NCBI RefSeq assembly: GCF_041260155.1
Contig: NC_091937.1
Span: forward strand, 6,576,626-6,640,625
Direction: 5' to 3'
Length of the DNA stretch: 64,000 nucleotides
DNA from: Ptychodera flava
Lineage: Eukaryota
The notes under the pieces were generated by a model, which saw only the letters and a list, made by a program, of their open reading frames with translations, was not told the DNA's origin and made no database searches. Both the position numbers and the translations under genes were made by a program. Below, one piece after another: positions 24,261-39,900 of this stretch (position 1 is its first letter; every line of letters begins with the position of its first letter).

Positions 24261-27200
24261 TATTATATCATAACAGTATATTGAAATTCTGGCTTTGAAC
24301 GTAAAAATGGATTTTTGCTCAAGCTAAGAGCTTACGCGTATGCCAGCTGTGGTATATCGGTGATATACCACGGTTCTTTTCGCGTCTCGACCAATCAGAT
24401 CGCTGCATTTGCACCATCAATATACTGACATGATATAATGTGATGTACACTATTCTCACTTGTCGTTTTTCTCGTAAAGTTAGATATCAGGTGCCTAGTG
24501 TTCAACTTACAAACACAAGTTGTATGTGTGCATTGCCCAGTGTTATTGTTGAAGAGTGAATTCTATAACAGACTTGTCAATGATGACTTTGCACGTTGCA
24601 CCCTATGTGTTATGTTAGCCAGGCTAATACTACATCCTTTATGGCAAAGTGTAAGAAAATGCATTTGTTCTCCAAGACAACGGAATGAAAATATTGGAAA
24701 ACATTATCAAAGTTACAGCTATTATCCCTTTAAATCACAATTCCCATGGAGAATATTACATGACAGTTCGATAATATAAAGTAAAATTTATAAAGTTATA
24801 TTATAGTCTTCTATTCTTATGCATAACTTTTTCTATTATTATTAGTGGAATGCACATGATAGAAAAACCCAACTTCACAAGAGACAAACTTGACCTGCTT
24901 ACACCAGCTTAATTAAATTCCTCTATGCTTGACTTAACAATACAAACAGACATGTGGAACTGCCTGTATGGTCAGTTGGCCATATGTTATACACAAACAC
25001 CATGTGCATGGTACAAGAATAATGGTTGGAAAAGCAGCTAAAGGATAATACATATATTATTAGGAGTGCCAATTCAATCTGAGATAGCTGAGGTTTACGT
25101 AGCCTTTATGATATAGAGAAAGTTTTTTTCAATATGCAGTTTGATACATTCTTCAATTCCTACATTACACTGTGTATGTGATGCATCAATATTGTGGACA
25201 GTTTGTAAAATCCAGGCTCTATCCAAGTCATCAATAGCTATGTAACTTGTGAAATTTTACTGTTTTGTTAAAACATTTCACTTGCTGCCTCTGTAGCTTT
25301 GCTACAAAAATCTGAGAAACAAATAATTTTTTTTTCATCTGGCCAATTCAACTAATGCACTGATGGGCCATATGCTGATTCAAGTCTACCTGCTACCCCT
25401 ACTTTCAAAATGGTTGAGCCTCACTTTGGCTAGATATTGCATAACTTGTAATAAACACTGAAATCAATGAAGGTACACAGCAGAATTTCAAGTTACAGAT
25501 TTCTTGTTAGTTTTTACCTTGCTATCAATTATTTCATCCTATTAGTGTCTGCGAAAATTATGTGATAAGTTTAAAATATCCTCTAACAAGGAAAACAAAA
25601 CTTTTCAAAATAGGTTTATGGACAAAGTCCTGGTAAACACCAATCATTTCTGAAGCAACGAGACAGTGTACAATGTAAGAATCCACATTAACTTGAAATT
25701 ATCATGTCTGGATTATATTAAAACCACTTCGAAATCAATTTTCGTACAGCCCTGGCGGCACAAATCAATAAACCAGGGCATTGCATTTGACAGTGACAAA
25801 AGACGCCAGCATGACGTTGAATCATAGAAGACAATGGAAAACAATTTGTGGCTGTCAGTAAACTGACCATTGTCCCGGTCAGTAAAAAATCAATAGACAT
25901 TGTGAGAGAAACGGTACCAGTCTGTTACAGATGTAACATGTTGCTTTAGAGGAACTGAACTGTGAAATATCGACAAGATGTTTATCTATACTTGTCTGTC
26001 ACTGTGTCTAGTATCAATGTATTCGGAGTAAAATCTGTATTTTGAAGCACTGTGTTGGCAGGTCTGAATGGCAACCAAAAATGATTTACAAGTTGTTTTA
26101 GTATCATTAACAAGAGTTTCTAAATTAAAATTTTCACTAAATGATAAAGTTTAAATGCCTCAAATCATGTACTGTAGATAGTCTTCTGGGTTTGAAGGGG
26201 CTGTGAACAGTTTTGAGATAAGTTTTGAAACCTAATTTTGCAAATTTATTCTTGTTTTCTTGTCTGCATTTTTTTAACAAGTATTGTAGTGTTTTGGTCT
26301 AGCTGTCACAGTTAACCAAATCGAATGCTTGGCCAAATCTTCTGCATGGTGGAAGTGAGTGCTTGTCTTATGCTTTCATGATGAACAAATACAAATATAA
26401 ACCCATAGACCATGATAGACCCAAAAACTTATGTTGAATTGATGACAAGAACCAAAAACATTCAGTTTTGTCATTTTGGCACATACGATATCCACTATGT
26501 TCTGGCTGTATTCTTGTTGTACATCTCAATGTCTGCAATTCAGGCAGGCTGGATTTGTAGAGTTAATAATGACAAACATTACTCCTAAATACCAGGATTT
26601 GTGACCAGAGTTCAATCACCCATTGGTATGAAATACCATGATTATACGGATGCAGTCTCTTTGCTGGTGTCGTTCTAAACATTTTTGACAGACTTAACTA
26701 CAAAACAGCTCAGCATTATTGGTGATTTTTGATTCAAAATCTACACAACACTCGTGACCACCTCCCTTTCAAACAGTAACTGACAACTAGACATTTAACA
26801 CAGGCAGGTGCCAATGCCACAAATAAACTGTAACAATGTTTACAGTGTCACCATGACAACCAGAATGCCGCTAAGCCTAGCAACCATGACAGAGCTGCAT
26901 TGCCTGAATAAATCCACTGACAGGTAATAATTGCAAACAAACTGCTATCTTTCAACAATCCCTGATTACTGGATCAGAGCCAGTAAAACCAGATTTCAAT
27001 TGATTATCAGGTCCTTTATTGCTGCAAACTAGTTGCTAAAAAAAGCATAGCAGCAACATAGTATACAACAATAAGTAGTTATTCTTGGCTTGCATTTATA
27101 ATGAACTAGTGTGACTGATGGTACGATGTTACTGTGAAACTCTGACATCTTCTGTGCTTATTGTCTTCCAATCATTGACCAGGCAGAGATTCATGACTTT

Positions 27201-29211
27201 TATAAAGTTGGGGGCGATATTGCAATACTGTAATTGTCAAGCATTTCTGTTCTACATCAATGTGTGTGCCAGATGCATCCTTGTAAAATCAGACTACTCT
27301 GGTAATCAAACAAAATCTATTGAACAGATCTACTCCATCTTGTGCATTCATTTGCAAAATATTCCATTTGATAAAATGTCCTTCCATCATCATCATGCTG
27401 ACTGTCAAATGACAAATTTTAATGAAAATTTTGACGTTCAGTTCTCACTGATTAAAAAGAAGCCTTACATCTGTTGTGTTACAGCTCACAGTAATTAAAA
27501 TGAGTTGATGACTTTTTAGCATGAAATTCACAAAATTATCAGTTCAATTTAGCCTAGGATTGCTTCCAAATAGACTATCTATCTATGCATCAAAAATTTG
27601 ATTACTGTGGTGAAAGAAATAATCCTGTGAGTATAAACCAAGATTGAGGGCAGAATTTCATTATAATTGATGTTTACATAGTGTTATTTCTAATGTATCT
27701 ATCATTCAATACAGTGTTTTGATCAGTTTTCATGTGAACTGAGTAATTCATTATGTAAAATATCAACATCTATGTCTGACTCTTTTGGAAATTGCAATTA
27801 ACACCCAACCAGCCAAAACATAGAGGAGATTTTCCAGTAATAATATTCCCTTCAAAACAAAAGTCAAAATGGCATGATTTTCTGTCAATTATTAGACTCA
27901 GTAGACTCTTCAGTTGTTGAATTTAAACTGCTACGGCATTGAAGAAGATAAAATTCTGATAAAACTTATAAAATGGGTTTGAACATGTCTGTATGTAATT
28001 GTACATTGTATAAAATGTTCATTAAACATGAATTGCTCTACCGGCCTACGTAAATATGCTTAAAGATAAGAAACGATGCATTTCTGTTAATATCAGTTAG
28101 TTGTATATAGTAACAATTGTGAAGTCAGCTTTAAAAATTGAGGACGTCATTTGAAATGAGCACCTTGGTAGTTTAATACTGAAATTTGAAATGGACAAAT
28201 ATTGTCTACTATTAGCATCATCTATCGTTGACGTGGGTTTGTGATATGAACAGTTAAACTTACATATGAACTTGTCTCATGTACTGGCCTTGTAATGCTA
28301 AATGATTGATTTGATATTGATGGTTTCATCACTTGTGCTTCAGCATCAAGGAATTCTCGAGTCAAAACTCTTGGTTGCTAAGAGCGATGAACTTATTGCT
28401 GTGTTCCCCGTCAAACCTTAAGATCACTGACAAACACAGCTGTCATTGGATGCTAAGTATCAGTACAGACTTCTCATTTCATCTACATGGGAACTAATTG
28501 CCTGCCAACACATCAGGCTGATAAAATAAATATTGAGATACATATAAGTATTAACAAGTAAACTTTTCTATAACTCTTGCTTGATAAAATATGCACGGAC
28601 TAGAAACAAGGTTGTACCATTCAGGTGAAGTGTTAATGCTAGCAGATATTACACTGTGTAGCATTTATATGGTATATTAAAGACTATTGACAAACCCTAT
28701 CTGTCTACTACCTAACCCTAACTGTCTATTACCTAACCCTATCTGTCTACTACCTACCCTATGAGTGTCACTACAGCGTTTTACTTTGTAGAGCCTCTAC
28801 ATTACCATAATTTAAGTCCATGCTTGGGATGATTATTAGAATCTGTACCTACATATGCAATCTATGCCAATATATGCATGTATACTAGGCTAGTTGGAAA
28901 ACTTACTATCAGCAATATGATCATGCAAGCAGGTTCCAGCATCCAAACCACTGAGTACTATTTGGATTTGGAGTTTGCTGTCAATGTGAATGTCATCAAT
29001 CATTCCCAGGGTCATAATATCATTGACGTAAAGCAACAACATTATTTTAAAAGTGCCTCAGTCAGTTGTGATGTAGTGAATTAAATACTTAGACTAGGAA
29101 AAATAAAAAAAATAAGTAATATCACTATGCACAAGTAGTTCTCATTGAGAGTTATCATTCAATTGTGTTGACATTTCTGTCAACGCCTTAATCCTATTTT
29201 TCCAATCCCAA

Positions 29212-29231
29212 CCCCCCCCCCCCCCCCCCCC
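29212..29231. repeat. Poly-C homopolymer (~20 nt).
   Basis: Direct read. Confidence 0.9.
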
Positions 29232-32200
29232 TAACTACGACACACTGAACAAAGTTTTAAGGATGGACAAGGCTATCAGGACAGACTGTTACCGTGGCAT
29301 CATGAATTCAAGATTCTCTGACTTGCCTGCTGTTATGGTCAGTGTTATCTCTTTGGTTGCTGGTTTGACCATAAACTTGGAGAGTTCATGGACTTCTTCA
29401 CCAATCACAAGTTGGCAATGGTGATTCCCCACAGCAACCGGAAGAGGCTGTGATTGAAAATGAGCTTCTTGGGCGTTCCACTTCAAGGTAACTGGGTCTC
29501 CCTAGTTTATTGGAAAATAAAATAAAAGAAATAGCCATGATTGTTTGAACACAGTGCACAAAAAGTTGTGAACAAATAATCGTATATTTCATATTTAGGT
29601 CTTGTGACAGCAAAGTTTAAAATGACTTTATTTGAATTAGGAACATTGAAATATTCATAATAAAGCAGGTCTTCTGAATTTTCTTCATGAAAATATTTGA
29701 AGTTCTGTATCTGAACTTTTCCAAAGGATATTCTTTCTTCAGATGAATTCATCCCTTCTGTTATAAATCTGTGATGATCAGATTAACAACTCTACAGGTT
29801 CATACAGAGCAATTTTCCTTTGATATTTGCAATTGTCATCATAATATTTTCAAAATTTTTTTTTCATTAACACATCTTTAGGCATTCGATATAAATGAAT
29901 TATTGCATTATTTCAAGTTAAAATTTGTTTTAATTGTTTGTCCTTTTTATTGAAAATGTCTTGCTATGTATCAAACCTCTTGCTTGAAACCCTCAAGCTC
30001 AAAAGGATCGATACGCCATGCTTTCACGGTCTATATTTGCACTAAAAATCAAAATCAAGCGCGCTTTTAAATAAAATGACCATGGGAGAATTTTAGTCTG
30101 TGTTGGCAGTAGTCGAAGTACCGTACAAAAGAACCATCAGAGAGACTGTAGACTTTGGCAGAAGGACATGGAAAACTGTTCCATCATACTGACTTTCCAA
30201 TGGACTTACAACACTCCAGATGGGAACTGACAAGCTAGTAGTCATCTGACCTAACAGCTGTGCTCTACTGAATCTGGTTCAAGGTTTTCAATAACTACGG
30301 TATCAGTAAAATAAGAAATGTATTTGAGAGGCTTACATTTATAAAGACAGCAGAAAGACTCATTTCAAGGAAGGCGTTTCAACTGTAATATAATAACTAC
30401 ATAACTACATAAATAAATAAATAAATATAATATGTGTCTGTGTGTAAACTTGAGTTTATCTGTTTTATTTGGTTATTTTATTTGTCGCTTTAACTGTAAA
30501 ATTACCTGACATACAAGAGGATGCAAAGTAAAATATATTGTACATTTCATAACATTTACATTTATCAGTTTAAAAACTGCCAGTACTTTCTGAGAAAATA
30601 TAGCTTATTACACTTTGAAAGCAAAAGCGAGTTAAAAAAATTACGACAAAAAAATTTAACATTTTAATTAGGTAATGAGAAATCAATGACATCATTAATT
30701 CTGATTGTTCATAATTTCTCATGTTATTTGACTAAAACAGTCCCTTTTGCTCTGATTGTCTGTATTCTTGCATATTTTCAAATGTTGTGATAGATTGTGG
30801 CAATGTTTTGTGGGTATAGCCAAGCATGTCTATGAACCATGCAGTACAGATGTTGTTGCATAGTAGACAGAGGAGGGGAAGACTCTACATCGTATGGACT
30901 CACAGTGTATATTAGTTTACCAGTTCATATCTCTGATTTGGATGACACAAATACTTTGCATGAACAGATTATCAAAACATACCTATCACACATACAGTTA
31001 CCATATGGATAGAATTGCTTGTCTATTAATTTCCACTTAATCACATTTCCTGTATTTTTACACTTGTCTTTCCCTGCCATACAAAAACTCACTGTTTGCA
31101 GAATTTGTACCTTTTCACCACCCCCAAAAAACAGATACACCCCCACTATATTATTGAAATGGATGGATCTATTCACAGGGGTTAGAGGTGAAAGGCTAAA
31201 GTTCATGGAGCATTTTAGAACACAGCAACAAAAATATGCATACTCTTGAGTCACTTGGTAAAAATAAACATTCTGGATGGGTGAACTTTGACTGTATTTA
31301 AAAATTCATAAAAGACAAGCTGTTACGGGATAAAATAGCATTAATGATATACCTCAGCACAGCATGCTCTGATGTTCACAATTTTACATTTTATCTCTGC
31401 CCTGTTTAATAGTTATGTTTTACATGATTGAGTTGGCTCACTATCTATATCAGAGAGATCCATGTTATCTATCAAATGACACATTGAACAGATTAGGCGA
31501 CAATTAAGAAGAAACCGTTATTTGATAAGATGAAGAGTCACGCTGACTTTGTTGAACACTATGTTTCAATGATTTGATTTGTGAATATTACACTGAATTG
31601 AATCATTTCAGTATATATCAAAAGAATTGTCAGAAGATACTTTGGATTATTTGGTGTTTTGCTTGTTACTCTCACATCCACTTTCCGGCTCAAACAAGAT
31701 GAAAATAATATCTGAGGTCTGAAATTACAATTTAGAGATTTCAAAATGTAACATTTTGCTGAAATATGATAATTAAGGATAAAATACAACATTTAAATAA
31801 TTGTCTGGCAATTTGACCTGTCTCTGCTTTTAAAAATTGTTATTTAAATCAACAAAAGTGAAACTGGTTCTCCTTAGAACATTACTCATAAAATATCATT
31901 GTTTGTTGCTATATCTGAATTATGATAGTAAGATACTATTTACTGCTGTATGTTTTTGGTTGATAAAGTATGATGTATGGAATACAAAGGTTATACCGAG
32001 GTGCTTATAAGAAAATGAATCACATGACGTGGTAAAAATATCAGCTGAAGGCAAGTATGAATGTATTGATAACACATCAAATATTCCACCATACTGCATT
32101 CATCATGCATTTCAAAGACAGGGCTATGATGTGTGTTGTATATTGAAGGAGCTCCATATCATTGGGTTTCAACAAACAATAACACTCTTTTTTATAAAAT

Positions 32201-33649
32201 CACAATAACTAAATGCAGTATTCTGAGATGTCTTTTTAATTTTAGGTGTGTAAAACTTACCATTTTCAGAATTATTCTGTAATTTTTCCATTTTTCTGTT
32301 TTTTTTTAATTTTTAGATGAAATGACAAATTTCATGACATTTTCATGTACACAAAATGGATAATTGGATGAATATACCCATTAGTATGAAAATTCAACCT
32401 GTTATCACACTTGACATTTCCAGCATTTCATTGGCATTTTGTTGTGACAGCTTGTTCAAATTTTCTCGCAGTGGATGGAGCATACATTAGGGATATATTC
32501 AAAGTTGAAAAAATTTCATAATTTCTACTTTGTAGGTTTTACAATTATCCTAAATGTAAGTTTCATCAATCAATATCAAGTTACTTGTACCTATGCAACT
32601 AAATATGCAACATGTTAAAATGCAGTGAATTTAGTGGATAAATGAAAAGAACGCAAGGCCATCATTTACCTATGGGACATAACATTTAATGACATTTCCC
32701 TCATAGTTAAGTCATGAGTCTAACATTTTATTAGATGACACTGAAATTAATGTGGTTTGACTGAACTGTATTCAAACTTTCATGAAAATGAAATAATCTA
32801 TGGCAATTCTCTGTGTAGTAATACAGGCAAAAGTCTTATTTGTCAGTCTTCTGGTGCACAGAGACACACATATTGTCACAACCTGATTAAAATCAGGCAT
32901 CTCTCCATCTGTAGTTTTTTTGCAAAATTCATGTCGTGATCTCATGAACAACTATGGATTTCTCTTTTCGATCAATAGTGTCAACTCTCTGAAAATATCC
33001 CCACAGCCAGTGATATTTTGTCATTAATTACATGTAGGAAATTAGTTTACAGATTTCAATAAGTGGAAATATGATTGCATATATCTGCCTGCAAGACCCC
33101 TGGTGGAAGACAATAAAGACAGTGGGTTGAGAATGGCAAAGTAATCAGCCAGAAAATCACGAAGCTCTGATCGGAAAGCCAGATACCGGTATTATGTAAA
33201 ATTTTTGCTGCTGGCTGTACTTCCTTTAAATTACTAGGATCCGTCCGCTGGAAAATTTCCTTTCAAAAGCAAAACTAGATTAGCAACAACCAGAGTTACA
33301 TTCATTACAATTCCATCATCTGGACAATTGGAGCTTCCGCATTTGATAGCAAACTTATGAAATTTTTATGAAATGGTTTCATGGGAACTGTAATCTTTGA
33401 ATAATTTATGCTAAAAGAATTGTGGAGTATTCTGGTCATACTTTTCACAATTTCCTGCAATGATGGCCATTATAAAAAGATTTTTCCGTCAATTAAACTG
33501 CAGCTGTGAAATTACCACCACATGCACGGTGATTTTCATCTCAATTTTGATTTAGCTCATAAATGACACATGAGTATTAACTATATCCTGTGAAGGACAC
33601 GTTCTGTCACAAATGCAATATCTTTTTTGGAAAAATAGGCAACACTCCC

Positions 33650-33815
33650 AACACAGTGTTTTTGCTAAGGTTGGGGAATATTGATAAATGAGTTGGGAAC
33701 CTCGGTAACATTTGTGCTGTCCAAATCTGATTGCATTGATATACCAAGGGGAACCCTGGTAAAATGACTTGGGAACCCCGGTAACATTTACCGGGGTACC
33801 AGCCTTAACAAAAAC
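33650..33815. mobile_element. MITE-like copy of the same dispersed repeat, with inverted termini cagtgtttttgctaaggttgggg / ccagccttaacaaaaacactg.
   Basis: Imperfect ~22-bp inverted termini. Internal direct repeats ttgggaacc(t/c)cggtaacattt x2 and ggggaaccctggtaaaatgac. Related to 16600-16725. Confidence 0.45.
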
Positions 33816-36329
33816 ACTGCAACAGGTAACTTCCATCAGTTTCAGAAAGCACTTTTCTGCTTTTCCAAGTGACTTGAGACTGAAATTGTAAAAAATGTTT
33901 AATCCCTGTCGGTAATTGATTGCACAAATGGAAATTACATCTAAATTAAAGTAAAACAGCTTTTATTCAGAAAGCAAAGGTTGTAAATGCGTATTTTTAT
34001 TGTAACATGTAATATCTTTTCTAACATTTCCTGTGGTACTATCATTATTCAAACAGTACATTGCCTTTGAAATGCATTGCCATTGCATTTGTAATAATAA
34101 ATGAACTTGCAGTATAGATATCATGATTTGCAGTCAAAGTAATTTTACTTGTAGTCATTTATACACTTGTGATTTCACATGATATTACACTTCCTGCTGA
34201 CAAGAAACAGGATACAGTTTCTCCTCCGTGCTAACACAAATGTTGACTGTTCCTTACATACATAGATACGTCAGTATTTCCTAACATGTGTGTTTTGAAA
34301 CTTCAATAATGATTGAAAATTGCTTCATAGAAACAGTGTCTGCAAGGACCTTGTGCAAGTCTTTGAAACATCTGATTTCATCACACTACGATTTTGTTTT
34401 TCACACATAATGGACATAATTTTACAGTTCATTAATTAATTTGCATGTCATTAACATGATAATAATCAGTTTCTTTGTCTAGGGGATTAGCACCAATTCA
34501 TCAAATATATCCATTTTGCCACTGAACTGTTACCTGGTATCACCAACTTATCTAAACCAAACTTTGGAAATGGCCAAATATTTGAACTCTGATAATGCCA
34601 CATTCTGAACAAACACTTGACAGGTGATCGCTGCATATATGGAGCAACACTACACAGGTTCAGTTCAGGAACAGGTCTAGTATAATTGTCTGTGTGTGAA
34701 GTGTAGCTATGGTACATTGATGACTCCATTGAAGTTCAGTCCACATACAGATCTGGTAGTTGTCTCTGTCAGGAGTATGGCTGTGACATGTGTCTGGTTG
34801 ATGTAGGATATAAGCCTGTGTAGCACACTAGTACTACTGTGTAGTAAACATTTATAACGATGGTACTTTATGATTGAGATCCGATTTGGGATATGATTTC
34901 AATAGGCTTACTTTACGTCACTACAACAGCCTTATGACACAATTAAGTCCTGCCATGTACAACCAGTCGTAAGGTTGACCGTATGGACTTACACATAGAA
35001 AATGGGACATCCACAGGTTACACACAGGTTAACATTACATGTCCTATTCATGAACTGTAAAAGATAAACTATCCACGTCAAAAACTTGACAGAGTTAATT
35101 AATTGAAGAGAGATTTATTCCTGTATAGATCTGCCTCCATGAATGCATGTATGGTGTCAAAATTGAAGTACTGTTATACATGTTCCTAGGAAGACAAAAT
35201 GTGTGTACAGCCAGTATCTCTTCAGCTTCAACTACCATCATCATCGGCCAATCACACACAATCTACCAAGATGTGGTCGGACAACGGAGGTTCATTGGAT
35301 TTGTCACACTGAATACTTTCACTGTTTTCAATCATTTTCATCTTAAACAAGATCATTTATTTCGTGAAAAATATTTGCAGATATACTAAGTTATTTAGGG
35401 ACTGTTAGAGGAGCCTTGTCATATTAGAGAATATAATAGTGATTCTAATTCCAGCTGTTTCACTTTTATGAAACTGATCATACGATTATTAATTTTGAAA
35501 AGAAAAACATCAATATGGACAACGGAAGACCTCTATAACATGGAATAACTTCATACCACAGACAAATCCTTTGAAATGTCGACAATTGTTTTCATTTTAC
35601 TGAAACTGCTCTGAGATCAACAAGTGCTGTTAAGTACAAGACCATATGTCCATGTATTCACACAATTTTTTATGTGAAGAGTACAGAATTTGTTGTGTTA
35701 TTGAAACAATACCGAAACCATTTGAACTGAACACAAAAATGCTGACCTCACTTTGAATGTTTAACATTCCATCACATTTGTCGGATTTAATACCAATCGA
35801 TCAGCCACGTACAATCAATTTCAAAGGCAAAAAAATTCTTGCTTCTCAAAGTGTGGTTACTGTGAATTCACAGGATGTACAATACAGCCACAGATCATGA
35901 TGCCACTGAGATAAATGCAAAATGTGAGCAGTGTTACTATATTATGAATCTCGACATGGAAATAACACTGTGATAACACAAATTGTTCACCACAACAATG
36001 ACCATGTGAGAATGGCACTGCTTACACAACGAACTTCCTAAGAATTTTAGGAGGCACTTGTAAGAGTTTACAGACTGTTAAGTTGTCAGCATTAAAATAG
36101 GAAAGAATGCCATTAACCTGCTGTAAGAATTTTGTCTGATTTTAAACTGGCTACAGTTTTAATATCTGAAAATGTCTTGTACCAGCCTGCAGAGTATTAG
36201 AAATACAGGCATACCAGTAAATGAAATGACTTCTGATTTGTTTAGAGTTTTCCGCTTTCATAATCCAATGGCATAATCAATGTAATGTGGTGCAGTCACG
36301 TCTGCCTTTCACAGTGTAAATTACTGGAA

Positions 36330-36960
36330 TCACTCATTGATGAGATACTGACAATCCCTGGTGCACAGAATGTTGATCGATCCATTGCTCACTGTCACTA
36401 TATTGCCACATATTGGATTTACCATGTACAGGGCAGAGAGTGAGCACCCTTATTGGCACAGTGTTTGCTGATACCAATAATATACACACATGTACATTAG
36501 TCTCAGGTATGTGTAAGTCCAAAGATCGGCACACAGTCCATGTAGCCGACAATGAGATGCAAATGATATGCAGTTAAGGTCTCCTCAACTAACTTTCAGC
36601 TGGTTGTTCACTTTCTACTTTTTTATAGTATTTTATACAAAGGCACAGACTTATTCTACCTGCAACTTAAAACTGATAGTGTTTTTGTAGCTCATTCTTT
36701 ACTATTTTTCATAGTTTTCGGTAGCCGGTAATAGACACTTCGTGTTTGTGTCGGCTACATGGACGATCTGCCAAAAGATCAGTATCAACACATATGTCCA
36801 GTCATCTAGTTTTCAAGCCATGCATACCGGTACATTAACAACAAGAGCATTAACATTCACTGGTCTCTCAGACCAGTGGCATTGCAGATTTATTGGTCAA
36901 AGAAAAAATTTTGGTGGTCCAAGACCTCGTACCACAAGGTTCATTGACCTCCTGAAATGA
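36330..36960. repeat. Diverged inverted duplication (~230-bp arms around a ~180-bp spacer).
   Basis: gtcggctacatggac... at 36735 (+) and its reverse complement at ~36560 (-). The two track ORFs (36334-36552 on the minus strand, 36742-36960 on the plus strand) translate to related peptides (SATWTVC / SATWTIC) only because they are inverted copies of one sequence. Confidence 0.55.
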
Positions 36961-39900
36961 TGGTGTTTGTATGGTGATTGTGGAAATCTTGAATTCCACT
37001 ACACTTCACTGCAATGAAGTTACCTCACACCTTATACACAATGGAACACTTGTTGGTAGAGTGCAATGCAACTTGGAGTCAGCACTTTCCTTCCCTGAGA
37101 GGACTACTGTCATTGGACGGCTTATGGGAGCAATTATTGACCCATGTTAAGATGCTTGTGGGAGATAATTCATTGAAGAATATTCCTAGCAACTGGCAGA
37201 GAGAATCAAAGCAACATATTCTCAGCTCCATCATTTTAATAAAACAAAGGTTTTCATTTGTACTTTTCTTAAACTTTGTCTTTTCATAGACTGAACATAT
37301 TTATTTTAATTTTGGCAATTTGAACATTCAAACTACAATGAACTTGAACCCCGTGTAACAATTACAGAACCTGCCATTTGTCGGCACCTGGATTAATGCA
37401 TATTTTATTGCAAAGCAGAAAGGAGAAACAAGAATTCTATCAGACCACTTCATAGAGTAAAGACAAGTGCAGTAGCGGTGGATATGGCTGAATGAACGTA
37501 AATAACTCGACAACAATAAACACTCTACCATGCAGGTCAAACAATACCATGGTAGCCCATTATTCAGCATAATAATAGTCGCTGTTTACTAGCAAACTAG
37601 CAAACCCAAGCACAGACATGTCTTGCTACAATAGCAACAAGGCCACATACTTCTCTTCAGGAGTTTCTCCTAAGATATTACGGCATGCCAACTAGACGCT
37701 CTCTTCCCATTGACTGTTTCTAAATTAAACCAAATCAAGATAACTTTTTTATCTTCAAAATTAGTAATAAGGATGCACACATACAAGATATACAACTGTG
37801 TTACATTCACTTCAATAAAATCCTTTTTGATGCAAACTGCAATCTTTCAAATAGCTGCATCTTGATTACACTGTATCCGTAATAATCTAAGAATGACTTG
37901 AACAGGTAATTGGAGTAAGAATCTTTGCATAACGAGACTGGCCAATACCTAATTTTCATCACAATTTAACTGCCCACCAAACACTACACTGATATTTGTT
38001 TTGTCAGTAAACTAATTCTACACAAACACTGGTTTTGCACACACAAAACATAAATTTATACTGCCAACTGCCTGTACTAAAGGGTTTTGAGCTGCAAACA
38101 TTGAAAAAACAACACTCTTCAAAGCAGCTGACCCTAACTGGACAATCTTATAACTTCTTTCCTGTAAAAGTCACAATTCTATTGGCATAAAAATGCCACA
38201 TACTTATATCAAGATCAATTGGTAGCCCCGGCAATAACAATCAAAAAGTGATTACCGTTGCTATGATGACCGACAGTCCAGTTAAATCCTAATTTCGGCT
38301 CGACAGTCTGGGTAAAAATCTAGAAATACATTATCTAGTTTTGCCTAGATGCAATTGCCTAGATGCAAGTATTTGGGATCTGCTAAATGTATAAAGAGTG
38401 GGACACAACACCTTCTCATGAACAACAATTGCAGTGTACTTGACTCTGTGTATTTTCAAATTTGGATGACCTCTGACCCCTATCCTACTTGAGAATCACA
38501 GGTACATGTGCAGGATCACAGTTGTTGTTCATGGGACATCCACTCTCAAGAAAGCAGCCAAAGTTGACTGGCAGTTTAACAACTTTGGTTGTCATGGTAA
38601 CCTAATCAATGGGGTGTGAGTTCCATTCCGATTTCTTGGTCTCATGCAGAAGTTGGCATGATTTCAAAATTTCAAAAAAATCGCGCACGAGGGTACGTTC
38701 CTAGACAACAGCGACTTTTTTTAAATGGGCAAGCTTCAGTGACTACCGAAGTGGAACGGAATGGGACCGAGCCTGTCTCTTGGGACAACCTGCTGTAAAT
38801 TGTGGTCGTGGAGCATAGCGTCCTCAGTGATGTTAAAACATGCCACCTGGTTTATTAAGAATCAATGAGCCTGCACACAATAGATGGGTCACCTGTACGG
38901 CCCAATCACTGTGCACTCAGGCCAAATTTTTGACCGGCCTCGCTTGTTTGCCTTGGTACATTTAACAAAACAAAACAAATGTGAAACAGTCTTTCGATAC
39001 ATGTCTCTACTAGTTTGAGGGATAGATGTTTTAAAAGTGATGTCGCTGTATCCCCTCTCACGTCCACCCCTCGTGATTTCTATAATCCTCTCCAACTCTG
39101 CTGCAATTTTCTTTGCATGGTGATTTAACTGTTCCTAGAATTTCAATTCCAGTCAAGATCCCAACCCTGTCATTTGCTAAATACCCAACAACTGTACAAA
39201 GTAATTTAAAAAAAAGCCCAAGCCCTGTTTTGGGCAGAAAATCCTAAAACTGTACTAAAATATATAATTGTACTCATGTTGTTAGTGTTGGAACATCTTC
39301 ATACAGGGAATAGTTTGAAACAGTTACTTTCCCAAATTTCTAAAATGTTCCCAAATATTTTTAGAAGTTTTTTCTGTACCAATTATGGAGTACAATCATT
39401 AATATTCTTAATTTATTATTAATGAGTCATTAGTTCGCCTTATTGATCTATCATGACTACAATTTTATGAGTAGAATATTTGATTCCAAAGACTTTCAAG
39501 ACATTACCTGAGCTCCGAAAACAGGCCTTTTTATACCTGACCAATGCAATAACATCTCTTAAACAGGTGTAATGTTCAAACATGTATGTACCCGATAAAT
39601 CTCAGAACAAGGGATTACTGAGTACTCTAACTTAATTGTTTGCAAGAAACTATTGAAAATAAACCGCTGATAAAATAGTCGTTTTCCAGGGTACATTATC
39701 TTTGCTTTTCTCTTTTCATAGAACCGTTAGAGAACCCTGCACCTCTCATATGTGCATTTGATACGAAGCAGTCAACCGCACAAAATATCGAATGCCAGTT
39801 AACACACGGGCAGTCGCTCGCTTGAAAGCATGACACCTCACTTTTGTTCTTTTGCAGTCGGCGTTTGTTTGGGATTGAATAAGTGCGGTACGAATTACCG

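Noticed and set aside
36334-36960. Two 72-aa ORFs on opposite strands with similar peptides (SATWTVC / SATWTIC)
   Set aside because: Their similarity is a consequence of an inverted nucleotide duplication, not of paired genes (e.g. a toxin/antitoxin-like pair). There are no exon signals.
38590-38800. Possible small RNA gene (inverted motifs gttccattccg / cggaatggga around an oligo-A/T core)
   Set aside because: No tRNA cloverleaf (no GGTTCGANTCC T-loop at the right spacing, no acceptor-stem complementarity) and no snRNA Sm-site context. More likely a short hairpin repeat.
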